64,000 nt of DNA from an uncultured Armatimonadetes bacterium (GCA_963717145.1 OY970325.1:2816001-2880000); one strand, 5' to 3'; counted from the stretch's first letter, positions 10,606-20,352 are shown. A program made the numbers and translations. The notes: a model not told the origin generated them from the sequence alone.

Positions 10606-12916
10606 TTACTCCCTCACAAGCACAAACCGGTCGGTGTATATCCCCTTCATCGCGTTCCCATCGCCCGGGGGCGCGACGTAGAGATACATCCCCTTAGTAA
10701 GTGCATGCGAGCCGAGGTAGTATGTCTTGTACTTCGCCTCATCGGCCTTTGACGCGAATGGATTAGAAAGCGACACGAACCCACGCGCGGTGTCATAAAT
10801 CCCAAGCTGGAATCCGCCGCCGTTGTCGCCCGGCTCACAGCGAATGACCGCGTAGCACTTCCACTTGCCCTCGAACTGCTTGGCATTGCCAGCCGTGATG
10901 TTGAACTGCGTCGCCCACTGAGTGTGACTCCCCGGCATCCTCGCCGCCGATCCATCCGACGCGGCGGAGTCCTTCACCGCCTCGATCCAACCCTCCTTCA
11001 CGCCGACGAGTTGCATTGCGCTCTCCTGGATGACGACGACATCTTCCCTGGGCAGAGCGCTCAACTCCTCGGGCGTCGGCGGCACGATGAACATCGCCTC
11101 GAGTGAGGGTACATACGACTCCCACGACTGCCCCTCGGTGGCATTCCGATTCCCATACTTCTTCGCCAGCTCGACGAACTCCGCGCAGAGCTTCTTCGGA
11201 TCATCCGGCCCCATGAATGGGATCCCGCTCGATGCCGACGCCTGCTTGAATGAGGAGTAGTTCCTGAGCAGCACGTGATCCAGTACCAGCCGATCACGAC
11301 GCACTCTTGCCGAGAGAACAGTGTCGCCCTTCACCGCGTCCTGCGCCTTCCCGAAGAGCCGGTACGCCTCATTCACCACCGGATACGTCAGGAAGCTCAG
11401 GTCGCCGTTGTAGCATCCCAGGTGCATGCTCCTCGCCTCGCACGCATCATGTACCAGGTCGAGGTATCGCCTGAAGATACGGACCCGCGGCCCCGTAGTA
11501 GCCGTTCAGGAACTCCGTCATCAGCGCGCGCTCATTCCTCGACGGGTCCCACATCACATGTGCGAGCAGCCATACGCGCATCTTGTCGAAGTCGCCGATA
11601 GTGCATCCGGGGTCCGCCTGCTCGAAGATGCCGATGGTGTTGTTCTCCAGGAAGAAGCGGATATCCGACGCGAGTCCCCTCATATTGGGATGCGGCTGGA
11701 CAAAGGCGGCGAAGTCGGTGACGTAGTTCCAGATGTAGAGGTTGGGCGCGATCGCCGACCACTTCCGCATGTCGTCGCGGAACGACGCGTTGTAGTCGCT
11801 GTCGAGCGGACGGCCGAAGTTGCACTCGATCGAGCAGAGGCGGATGACGACATTCTTCCTCGGCTTCACAAGGAGCGGCGGCTTGCGGGTGTATTGGTAG
11901 GCGAGCGTCTCGATCAGCATGTCGGGGTACTGCTTCTCGATCTCCTCCGCAACCTTGTTGATGCAGCGGATGAGCGACCCGGACGGCGATCCCTCCTCCG
12001 CATCGGCGGCCTTGCACAGCGCGCACTGGCAGTTCCCCGCCCAGTCGTTCTGGCTGATGGAGATGATCCCCGCCGTGGGGTTCTTGCGTATCCATTCGAG
12101 CGCGTTCCTGGTGAGTTCCTCGCGCATGGCATCGTTGGAGAAACAGAGCTGCCCCCAATCCGCCTGCCGCTTGCCATTGATCTCGCTGTACCATTCCGGG
12201 TGCGCCGCGAAGTGCTTGGCGGGAGGAACGAGCGCGTAGGAGGTATGACACCAGCCCAGGACCGAGTAGTGGCCGCCATAGTTCGGCGAGATAGCGGTGA
12301 AATGCCCATTCAGCTTCATCTTCGCCGCGAAGAGTGGATTCACGTTCGTATCCTCATAGAACGCCTCGCGGTAGAGGAGCTTCGGCGTATAGACGATATT
12401 CAGGTCCGGGATGCGGAGCGTGGTCCTGCTGGGGATATAGCTCTCGGTGCTCGTCCACCATCGGACGCCCACCGTGTCCTCGAGGAACGCGTACACGGCA
12501 TAGAGAGTCCCGCGCGGCTTCCCGCCGGAGAGGATCAGCCTGTTCCCGACGGTTCGGATGATGATGCCGTCGTGCCCCAGTGACTTCCAGTCGACATCGG
12601 GGAGCAGGCTCTCAATGAGCTTCGTCCGTCCGAGCAGGATTTCTTTGGCGCGCGGATGGTTGGGAACACGCTGAGTCGCGAGTTCGTTCTCGACTGGGAT
12701 GAATATTCCGGTTACGTACCTGAGGTAGAGCTGCAGCTCATACGCCGCCGTCTCCACCGGACCGGACGCATCAGCCGGGAGCACGATGGAGTAGTCCGTC
12801 CGCGGGTTCTCCGCGAGGATCAACTCCCCGGCGGACGATGGCTGCCGGACGCCTGCGGTCAGGATGGATATAAGGATGCCGAGCGCCAGCGCGGCCTTGA
12901 TTGCATATAGGGACAT
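10606..12916 (-). CDS. DUF4838 domain protein, frameshifted near 11473
   Basis: RGTLYAVYAFLE, HPEWYSEINGKR, QLCFSN, ETLAYQYT; ORF 11447-12967 continues as RYLDLVHDACEARS into ORF 10606-11427. Confidence 0.82.
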
Positions 12917-13011
12917 GGGACGTACCTCCGTGCCCCGATTATATGCCGAACGAAGGGTGATCCGCAATGCGTGAGTTCGCCGATATCGGGCGTCCGGCAG
13001 GGCAGGCGCTC

Positions 13012-13040
13012 TTGACTCGCTGAAGATAAGGGTCTAGAAT
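13012..13040 (+). promoter_or_regulatory. Sigma70-type promoter of the hsdM operon
   Basis: TTGACT-N17-TAGAAT about 65 bp upstream of the hsdM ATG. Confidence 0.65.
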
Positions 13041-13105
13041 GACTCGGGACACTCTCGGATGGGCATGTGCCTAGCCTATCTGGTCACCTAGAAGGATGGA
13101 ACGCT

Positions 13106-14569
13106 ATGGGCGACACCACCCACGACATCGTTGCCAAGCTCTGGAACTTGTGCAATGTCCTCAAGGATGATGGCATCACCTACCACCAGTACGTCATCGA
13201 ACTGACCTATCTACTGTTTCTGAAGATGGCGAAGGAAACGAGCCATGAGCGTCAGCTTCCGGTAGGCTATCGGTGGGACAGTCTCAAGGCCAAGCCTGCA
13301 TCCGAAAGACTGGAGTTCTACAAACACCTGCTTATCCACCTGGGCGGCCATAGTTCCTATCTGGTTAGGCAGATCTTCGCCGATGCTCATTCCTTCATCA
13401 AGAAGCCAGTCGCACTGTCCGTCTTGGTGACCGAGATCGACAAGCTCGATTGGTACTCTGCCCGTCGCGAAGACTTGGGCGATGTATATGAGGGGTTGCT
13501 GCAGAAGAACGCGAGCGAGAAGAAATCGGGTGCCGGGCAGTACTTCACTCCGCGGGCACTCATCGACAGCATGGTCGCGGTGATGAAACCGACAGTGGAT
13601 GACATCATTCAGGACCCGGCAGCCGGAACCGGTGGTTTTCTCATCGCCGCGAATCGTTACCTTCGCCAGCACGGAGACCCTAACCATTGGACGGAGCATC
13701 AGCAACGGAAGTATCGCCGCAGTACGTTTTACGGTATGGAACACGTCCAAGACACTCATCGGCTTGCACTGATGAACCTTATGTTGCACGGCATTGATTA
13801 CCATCAGAGGGCTGGAGGCATCCGATATGGCGACACCCTCGGGCCCGAGGGTAAGGCGCTACCGAAAGCTACGCTAATCCTTAGCAATCCGCCATTCGGC
13901 AGCAAGAAGGGCGGTGGCCTGCCCGCCCGTACTGATTTCGCTTTTCGAACAAGCAACAAGCAGTTCTGCTTTCTGCAGCATATCTACCGCGCGTTGAAGC
14001 CTGGTGGCCGCGCCGCAGTGGTCATGCCCGACAACATGTTGTTTGAGGTGAATACCGTAGGGGCAGCCATCCGCCGTGACCTGATGGACAGATGCAATCT
14101 CCACACCATCCTCCGGCTGCCTACTGGCATCTTCTATGCCCAGGGCGTGAAGACAAATGTGTTGTTCTTCACTCGTGGCGAGACGGATCAAGGTAACACC
14201 AAGGCGGTCTGGGTCTACGACCTACGCACAAACATGCCGCAGTTCGGCATGCGTTCGGTGCTCACCCGCGAGCGTTTTTCCGATTTCGAAATGGCGTTTG
14301 GCGACGATCCCCTTGGCGGCGCGCGCAGCCTGGCCACACGGCAAGATAGCGGCCAACAAGGCCGCTTCCGCAAGTTCACCCGTGACCAGATCGCTGATCA
14401 TGACGACAACTTGGACCTCTCCTGGTTGAAGGACGAAGGGAATGAGGGCAGTGAGGCAGACCCCATCACCGTGGCACGGGAAGCCATGGGCGAGTTAGAA
14501 GCAGCCTTAGAGGAGGTTCGCGGGATTCTTCTAGAGCTGGACGAGGGGATTGCTGAGGTGGAAGCTTGA
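13106..14569 (+). CDS. hsdM: Type I restriction-modification methyltransferase M subunit (EcoKI-like)
   Basis: DIVAKLWNLCNVLKDDG, GQYFTPR, DPAAGTGGF, NPPF, LRLPTGIFYAQGVKTNVLFF. Confidence 0.95.
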   Translation: MGDTTHDIVAKLWNLCNVLKDDGITYHQYVIELTYLLFLKMAKETSHERQLPVGYRWDSLKAKPASERLEFYKHLLIHLGGHSSYLVRQIFADAHSFIKKPVALSVLVTEIDKLDWYSARREDLGDVYEGLLQKNASEKKSGAGQYFTPRALIDSMVAVMKPTVDDIIQDPAAGTGGFLIAANRYLRQHGDPNHWTEHQQRKYRRSTFYGMEHVQDTHRLALMNLMLHGIDYHQRAGGIRYGDTLGPEGKALPKATLILSNPPFGSKKGGGLPARTDFAFRTSNKQFCFLQHIYRALKPGGRAAVVMPDNMLFEVNTVGAAIRRDLMDRCNLHTILRLPTGIFYAQGVKTNVLFFTRGETDQGNTKAVWVYDLRTNMPQFGMRSVLTRERFSDFEMAFGDDPLGGARSLATRQDSGQQGRFRKFTRDQIADHDDNLDLSWLKDEGNEGSEADPITVAREAMGELEAALEEVRGILLELDEGIAEVEA

Positions 14570-16221
14570 TGGGTCTCCCTACAACTTGGACGCTAGCCAC
14601 GGTGGGCGAGTTGATCGAGCTTGGCCCGAAGAACGACTGTGCGGATGATGCCGAAGCCGGGTTCGTGCCTCTGCATCTGATGGGTGTTCACTACCGCGAC
14701 ACACACGGTTTCGAGCGGCGCCAATGGGGCGAAATCCGCAAAGGGTACACTCAGTTCGCTGACGGTGATGTCTTGCTGGCCCGCATTACCCCGAGCTTTG
14801 AGAACGGCAAGGCAGGAATCGCGCGTGGCCTACCAAGTGGAGTTGGTGCAGGGAGTACGGAGTACTTTGTCTGCCGACCTTTCGAAGGCGTCGTGTCGCC
14901 GGAATACCTTTTGGCGCATTTCAAGACGCCCCAATTCTTGAGCAATGGTCAGCAGGTCATGAGTGGTGCGGTAGGGCAACAGCGGGTTCCAAAGCAGTAT
15001 GTTCTCAATAGCGTTATTCCCCTCGCACCGCTCAACGAGCAGAAGCGCATCACGGACAAGCTCGACATGCTGCTGGGGCGCGTGGACGCTTGTCGTGAGC
15101 ATCTGGACTGCATCCCACCCATCCTCGAAGGCTTGCGCCGGGCCATTCTCGCTGCGGCCACCTCGGGCAAACTGACGGAGGATTGGCGCACGCGCTCAAC
15201 GGAATCCGATGAGATGACCTCATTCGAGTCTGCGGATGCCGACGTGATGGGGGATTACAAGTTTCCGAAGAGTTGGGAGAGTGCACACTTCGCCGACATC
15301 GCAGTGATTATAAGCGGGCTCACCAAGGACACCAGGAAACAGGTTGCGGAGGATGAGGAGCTTCCGTACCTCCGCGTCGCAAATGTCCAACGGGGGTTTC
15401 TTGATCTCAGACACATGAAGACAATCCGGGTGCCGTGCAGCAAGCTTAGCGCTCTGCTTCTCCAATCAGGTGATATCCTGTTCAACGAAGGTGGCGACAT
15501 TGACAAGCTTGGGAGAGGCTGGGTTTGGGGCGGCGAGATAGAGCGCTGCGTCTTTCAGAATCACGTTTTCCGCGCTCGCCTCAAAGACACACGATATGCG
15601 CCCAAGTTCTTCTCTTGGTACGGGAATAGCTGCGGTTATGACTACTTCCTATCACATGGCAGGCAAACAACGAATTTGGCATCCATCAATCGGTCAGTTT
15701 TGTCTTCGCTGCCCGTTCCCATACCGCCCCCAGAGGAACAGAACGAAATAGTTCGCCGTGTGGAGATGCTATTCGCCTGTGCTGATCGTCTCGAGAAACG
15801 CTATATGGCTTGCCTGGCCAAGGTGGAAAGTCTGACACCCATACTGATGTCCAAAGCGTTTCGAGGAGAGCTAGTGCCACAGGATCCTGAAGACGAATGT
15901 GCAACCGCGTTGCTCAAACGCGCTGCGGTTGCTCGTGCGTCTCAACCAAGCCCAGCTCGGCGGACCCACAGCACTGAGATATCCACCGAACGGAAGACAA
16001 GATCGGAGACGATTGTGCTGAAACGTACAGAAGTCCTGGCAACACATCTGACCAACATCCTGAATAGCAGAGGCCCACTGTGTCCAGAAGCACTGTGGTC
16101 CGCCTCCCAACTCGACATCAACGATTTCTATGATCAGTTGAGAAATGAGGAGGCGACGGGTCTGCTGCGGGAAATACGGGAAGGCACAGGAGCCGCCAAC
16201 CGGAAACTGGAGGCCACCTGA
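14569..16221 (+). CDS. hsdS: Type I RM specificity subunit with a ~100 aa C-terminal extension
   Basis: Two TRDs, PLAPLNEQKRI and PIPPPEEQNEIV conserved regions, AFRGELVPQDP; overlaps the hsdM stop. Confidence 0.92.
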   Translation: MGLPTTWTLATVGELIELGPKNDCADDAEAGFVPLHLMGVHYRDTHGFERRQWGEIRKGYTQFADGDVLLARITPSFENGKAGIARGLPSGVGAGSTEYFVCRPFEGVVSPEYLLAHFKTPQFLSNGQQVMSGAVGQQRVPKQYVLNSVIPLAPLNEQKRITDKLDMLLGRVDACREHLDCIPPILEGLRRAILAAATSGKLTEDWRTRSTESDEMTSFESADADVMGDYKFPKSWESAHFADIAVIISGLTKDTRKQVAEDEELPYLRVANVQRGFLDLRHMKTIRVPCSKLSALLLQSGDILFNEGGDIDKLGRGWVWGGEIERCVFQNHVFRARLKDTRYAPKFFSWYGNSCGYDYFLSHGRQTTNLASINRSVLSSLPVPIPPPEEQNEIVRRVEMLFACADRLEKRYMACLAKVESLTPILMSKAFRGELVPQDPEDECATALLKRAAVARASQPSPARRTHSTEISTERKTRSETIVLKRTEVLATHLTNILNSRGPLCPEALWSASQLDINDFYDQLRNEEATGLLREIREGTGAANRKLEAT

Positions 16222-17780
16222 TGAGGCTAGATCGGCTTCACATCGCAGCATATGGGAACTTGCGCGATTTCGAGATCGACTTCGATGAGGGCCAACCGAC
16301 CACCGTTTTGATCGGACGCAACGGCTCGGGCAAATCATACCTGATCGAGGCAATCGTCGAGATATTCCGCGATCTGGAACTGGATCGCGCTCCCTGCTTT
16401 GCCTACACTCTGGACTACGTCTGTCGGGAGCGTAAGATCAGGATTGACGCCGATCCAAGCAGATCCACGAAGCGTCTTGAAATCACGGTGGACGGGAAGG
16501 CGCTAACACGGACAGCCTTCCGACGTGATCTCGACCGCCTGCTTCCCAACTATGTGTTCGCCTATTACTCCGGCTGGAGTGAGCGCCTTCAGCGCCAGTT
16601 CGACAAGCCGACACAGAAGTACTATAATGACGTGCTGTATAGCCTTCGAACTGACATGCCCTTACGCCGCCTGTTCTTCTGCCGCAAGGAGTACAGCCAA
16701 CTAGTACTGCTAGCCTTCTTCCTGGCCGAACCCGAGAACACCCGATACTTGCTCGAGAAGTACCTTAACATCAAGGGCTTCGACTCGGCCCTGTTTGTGC
16801 TGAAGACTCCCTGGTGGCGAGGCAGTGGCAGACCCAACAAGAAGCAGCTTGCCGATGGTGACGAGCGCTTCTGGTATGCAAGTGGCACGTTCAAAGGGTT
16901 TCTTAGCCGGATTTGGGATCAAGCGCTGGCTCCCATACGTAATACTGAAGTTGACGACCATGATATCCGAAGACAGGGTGATCGGATTGAGAGGCTATAT
17001 CTGTTCATCAAGAACCAAGCTGAGCTTAGCGGGCTTAAGGATGCCGACCAAGATGCCAAGACCCTCTTCAGCCATCTGGAAAGCCTGTTTCTCTGTGACT
17101 TAATAGACGAGGTACGCGTTACTGTTGTGCGCACGGATGACACCCCAGTCAAGTTCACTCAGCTAAGCGAAGGTGAGCAACAGCTTCTGACGGTCCTCGG
17201 TCTCTTGCTGTTTACGCAGGATGACGAGTCACTATACCTGCTCGATGAACCTGACACGCACCTCAATCCGCTCTGGACATACGAGTATTTGAGTTTGCTG
17301 CAAGACAATATCCGAGCCGAGAAGGTACAGCTATTGATCACAACTCACAATCCATTGATGATCGGCACCCTGCACAGGAATCAGGTGCGCAACTTGAGAC
17401 AGGAAGGCAGATCCATCCTTGCAGAGGAGCCAGAAGACAATCCGATCGGTATCGGAATCGAGGGACTGCTCAAATCCGAGTTGTATGGACTGAGATCGAC
17501 GCTGGCTCCAGAAATACTGAGGGATATCGACACACAGAATGAGCTCTTGGCGCTACCCAGGCGGAATGCCGCTCAGAAGAAGGAACTAGAGAACGCAAGC
17601 GAACGACTGGACAAACTTGGCGTCACCAGAAGTCATCCCAATCCGCTCTTCGATCTCTTTGCCAAGGCGATCGCTGGCGAGCCGTTGTTCCAAAAGCCGG
17701 TTCTAACGAAGGACGAGATCAAGGAGCAGGAGAAGCTGGGAAATGAGATGATTGAGAAGATCATGAGGGAGAGCGAATGA
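16221..17780 (+). CDS. ABC-type ATPase (AAA_21-like; Septu PtuA-like)
   Basis: Walker A GRNGSGKS, signature LSEGEQQ, Walker B LLDEPD, H-loop TTHNP; TGATG overlap with hsdS. Confidence 0.9.
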   Translation: MRLDRLHIAAYGNLRDFEIDFDEGQPTTVLIGRNGSGKSYLIEAIVEIFRDLELDRAPCFAYTLDYVCRERKIRIDADPSRSTKRLEITVDGKALTRTAFRRDLDRLLPNYVFAYYSGWSERLQRQFDKPTQKYYNDVLYSLRTDMPLRRLFFCRKEYSQLVLLAFFLAEPENTRYLLEKYLNIKGFDSALFVLKTPWWRGSGRPNKKQLADGDERFWYASGTFKGFLSRIWDQALAPIRNTEVDDHDIRRQGDRIERLYLFIKNQAELSGLKDADQDAKTLFSHLESLFLCDLIDEVRVTVVRTDDTPVKFTQLSEGEQQLLTVLGLLLFTQDDESLYLLDEPDTHLNPLWTYEYLSLLQDNIRAEKVQLLITTHNPLMIGTLHRNQVRNLRQEGRSILAEEPEDNPIGIGIEGLLKSELYGLRSTLAPEILRDIDTQNELLALPRRNAAQKKELENASERLDKLGVTRSHPNPLFDLFAKAIAGEPLFQKPVLTKDEIKEQEKLGNEMIEKIMRESE

Positions 17781-18595
17781 GGCATATTCCGCTACTCGAC
17801 CACACTCCCCCGGCGGGTTGGCTAAAGAGGGCGGCCAAGGCATCAGCTGAGATAGAGGCTGAGACGGACCCGGCGGCTCGAAATCGACTGATCAGGAAAA
17901 AGGCTAAGGTGTGGGGGGCACTCAAGGACTGGCTGCTTGAGAGATCAGATCAGAAATGCTGGTTCTCAGAGGCGAAGGACGGCTTTCAGGATTGGGATGT
18001 CGAGCATTTTCGGCCCAAGTTGAGCGCAATGAACTTGGATGGAAAAGAGCGGGAAGGCTACTGGTGGCTAAGCTGTGATTGGCGAAACCTGCGCATCTGC
18101 GGCCGGGTTGGCAATAACAAGAAGAGGACGATTTTCCCGCTTGGCTCTGACTATGCAGCAGATAGCCATAATCGAGACGTTGACGAAGAGGTGCCATATC
18201 TTCTGGATCCAATCAATGGCACAGATTGCGCCCTCTTATCCTTCAACCAGCTTGGCGAGGCAGTTCCTGGGCCCGGCTTGGATGAATGGAGTAAGCTTCG
18301 GGTCAGGACGTCCGTCCAGTGTTACAAGCTTGACTACGATAAGCTTGAGCTGCAAAGAAGAACCTTATGGGAAACATGTGTCGCCCTACGGAATGAGATT
18401 CAGAATCTCATGCTTGAGCAATCTAAGCGCCCAGGTGCAGCCAAGAAGGCGCGGATAGAAGAGAAGATGAAGCAACTCGCAGCTCTGACTTATCGTTCTA
18501 GCCCCTTTTCAGGTACGGCGATTGCCTGCCTGCAGAAGAGCGAGATTGGCTGGGCAGTGCGTCTATCCGCTGAGTCGCACCAGCCTATGCCGTGA
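17777..18595 (+). CDS. HNH endonuclease (PtuB-like)
   Basis: KCWFSE...DVEHFRPK...YWWL...WRNLRIC...NNKK...FPL...LLDP; ATGA overlap with the ATPase. Confidence 0.85.
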   Translation: MRHIPLLDHTPPAGWLKRAAKASAEIEAETDPAARNRLIRKKAKVWGALKDWLLERSDQKCWFSEAKDGFQDWDVEHFRPKLSAMNLDGKEREGYWWLSCDWRNLRICGRVGNNKKRTIFPLGSDYAADSHNRDVDEEVPYLLDPINGTDCALLSFNQLGEAVPGPGLDEWSKLRVRTSVQCYKLDYDKLELQRRTLWETCVALRNEIQNLMLEQSKRPGAAKKARIEEKMKQLAALTYRSSPFSGTAIACLQKSEIGWAVRLSAESHQPMP

Positions 18596-18790
18596 TAATC
18601 TGACATAGCAGCTCTCATCAAGCGGGGTAGTTGATGAAGGTATTTCCCGGAAATGATGTCATCAATCGGGTAGTTGGTGAAGGCGAACTGGCGGGAGTGC
18701 CGCGTTCGCCGCTCCGTTCATGCGCGCCGGGTGCGCCTGAGGGGAAGTGCATGCCTCCCTACGTGTGAACGCCGAGGGCCGGTCGAAGGG

Positions 18791-19000
18791 CGACGGCGGA
18801 GAGTTCTCGGGTGTCGCCTCCGTGCGCTTCGGTGGAGGTCAAGAGCGCTCGGGCTTCTCCAAAGTACGCTCGGGAGGAGGCAAATTCTCCTCCGGCTCCG
18901 CCCTGGTGGAATTCGGAAGAGGTAAAGTGTCCTCGGGCTCCTCCTGAGTGCACTTCCGAGGAGGCGAAGTGTCCTCAACCTCCTCCAAAGTACACTTCGG
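18791..19000. repeat. Degenerate tandem array, 5 x 42 bp
   Basis: Units start at 18791, 18833, 18875, 18917, 18959; consensus about aggAGGcnaAgtgtcCTCgggctcCtCCnnnGTgcacTtcgG. Confidence 0.8.
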
Positions 19001-19166
19001 AGCAGTCCGAGCGCAAAGAACCTCTCCCGGAACCCGCATCTGAATCTCCGCAGGGCGCTCTTCCATCGATTCAGCGCGACGTACCACCCGATCCCCTGAC
19101 GACTCCGGTCGTCAGCGAAGGAGTGCGTTACTGCACGGCCCGCAGGTGTTGTCGGCATAAAGCGGC

Positions 19167-19252
19167 TTGAAACTGGGCGGGCGGGCGGGTTCAAACTCCG
19201 GGCGCACCATGTCGTGATCGGAGTTTGTACCCGCCCACCCACCCAGTTTCAA
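19167..19252. repeat. Palindrome family E, copy 1
   Basis: TTGAAACTGGGCGGGCGGGCGGGTTCAAACTCCG...CGGAGTTTGTACCCGCCCACCCACCCAGTTTCAA; homologous to 60735-60838. Confidence 0.9.
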
Positions 19253-19385
19253 TTCCCTACACCCGCCCAGTCTTGATTCCCTGCAGCCGCCCAGTCTTGA
19301 TTTCCTGCACCCGCCAAGTTTCAATTCACTACACCGGCCAAGTTTCGATGCCCTGCAGCCGTCCAGTTTCAGTTCACTGCAGCCG
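19242..19385. repeat. Degenerate tandem array, 6 x 24 bp
   Basis: cccagtttcaattccctacacccg / cccagtcttgattccctgcagccg / cccagtcttgatttcctgcacccg / ccaagtttcaattcactacaccgg / ccaagtttcgatgccctgcagccg / tccagtttcagttcactgcagccg. Confidence 0.9.
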
Positions 19386-19622
19386 CCCTACCCCTCGCGC
19401 CTCAAGGTTCAGCAGTCGTTCCATCGCCTTCACCGAGCGGCCGGTATGGCTCTACCATTCTGTCTGATTCGGAAAACTTAACCCGAAATGTTCTACTCTA
19501 GAGAAGGATGGGCGAATCACCAATAATATTACCGGCAGCATGATGAGGATCGTGCTCCATATCCCTGACCAGGTGGCGGGCAATCCGGCTGCCAGGTCAA
19601 ATCAAACGGGGAGGTTCAGAGT

Positions 19623-20291
19623 ATGTCAACAAACTACCTGCCAGGGAACGACCTGGCGTTTCAGACGTGGTTCAGCAGGTTTCTCGGCTATTTGAGCGCG
19701 AACCTGGCACATTTCGGACTGGTCGAGGCCGATGTCCTGGCGCTGCTCGATTCTCAGCCGGACTTCGATGCCGCGCTTTCGGCGCATCAGGACGCACAGA
19801 CGGCGGCCCGGGCCAGGTGTATCGACAAGGATGACAAGCGGACGGTCTGCGAGTCGCTCATCCGCGGGATGGTCGCCCGCCTCCAGGCGTATCCGGCGAC
19901 GACGAACCTGGACCGCGACAGTCTCGGCATCCCGGTTCGCGGTGGAGTACCGACCGCCAGCCTTCCGATGGCGGATAACCGTCCGTTGGCGATCATCGAC
20001 ATCCGACCGCACTTGAAGCACGTGTTGCGCATCCAGAATGAGTCCGACACCGGCACGAAGAAGGCCAAGCCGGCGGGCGCTCTCGGCTGCGAGGTGTGGA
20101 TGAAGGTCGGCGCTGCGCCCCTGAACGACGGGGAGTTGCAGTACGTCGGCCTGGCGACCCGGAATCCGTTCTCGGTGGAGTTCACGGCGGATCAGGCGAA
20201 CCAGTATGCGCACTATCGGCTTCGCTGGGTGACCAAGTCCGGCGAGAAGTCCGATTGGGGCGAACTCGACTCCGCGACGATTGCGGCATAA
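19623..20291 (+). CDS. Conserved hypothetical protein (helical N-terminus, beta-rich FN3-like C-terminus), paralogue of 60927-61604
   Basis: GGAGG RBS; colinear similarity to the 60927 ORF (YLP, NLAHxGLV, TTNxDR, KPxG, EVWxKVG, AHYxLRWV, SATIAA). Confidence 0.85.
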   Translation: MSTNYLPGNDLAFQTWFSRFLGYLSANLAHFGLVEADVLALLDSQPDFDAALSAHQDAQTAARARCIDKDDKRTVCESLIRGMVARLQAYPATTNLDRDSLGIPVRGGVPTASLPMADNRPLAIIDIRPHLKHVLRIQNESDTGTKKAKPAGALGCEVWMKVGAAPLNDGELQYVGLATRNPFSVEFTADQANQYAHYRLRWVTKSGEKSDWGELDSATIAA

Positions 20292-20320
20292 TGCGGAATG
20301 CAGAATGCAGAATGCGGAAT

Positions 20321-20352
20321 GGGCGGGGACGATGATGTCCCCGCCCTTTTTC
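20321..20352 (+). terminator. Rho-independent terminator
   Basis: GGGCGGGGAC-gatgat-GTCCCCGCCC followed by TTTTT. Confidence 0.85.

Noticed and set aside
16221-18595. Retron system
   Set aside because: The ATPase+HNH pair resembles retron effectors, but no reverse transcriptase is present nearby.
18674-19467. Short ORFs across the tandem arrays
   Set aside because: Repeat-derived, open in several frames on both strands, and lacking an RBS or recognisable motifs.
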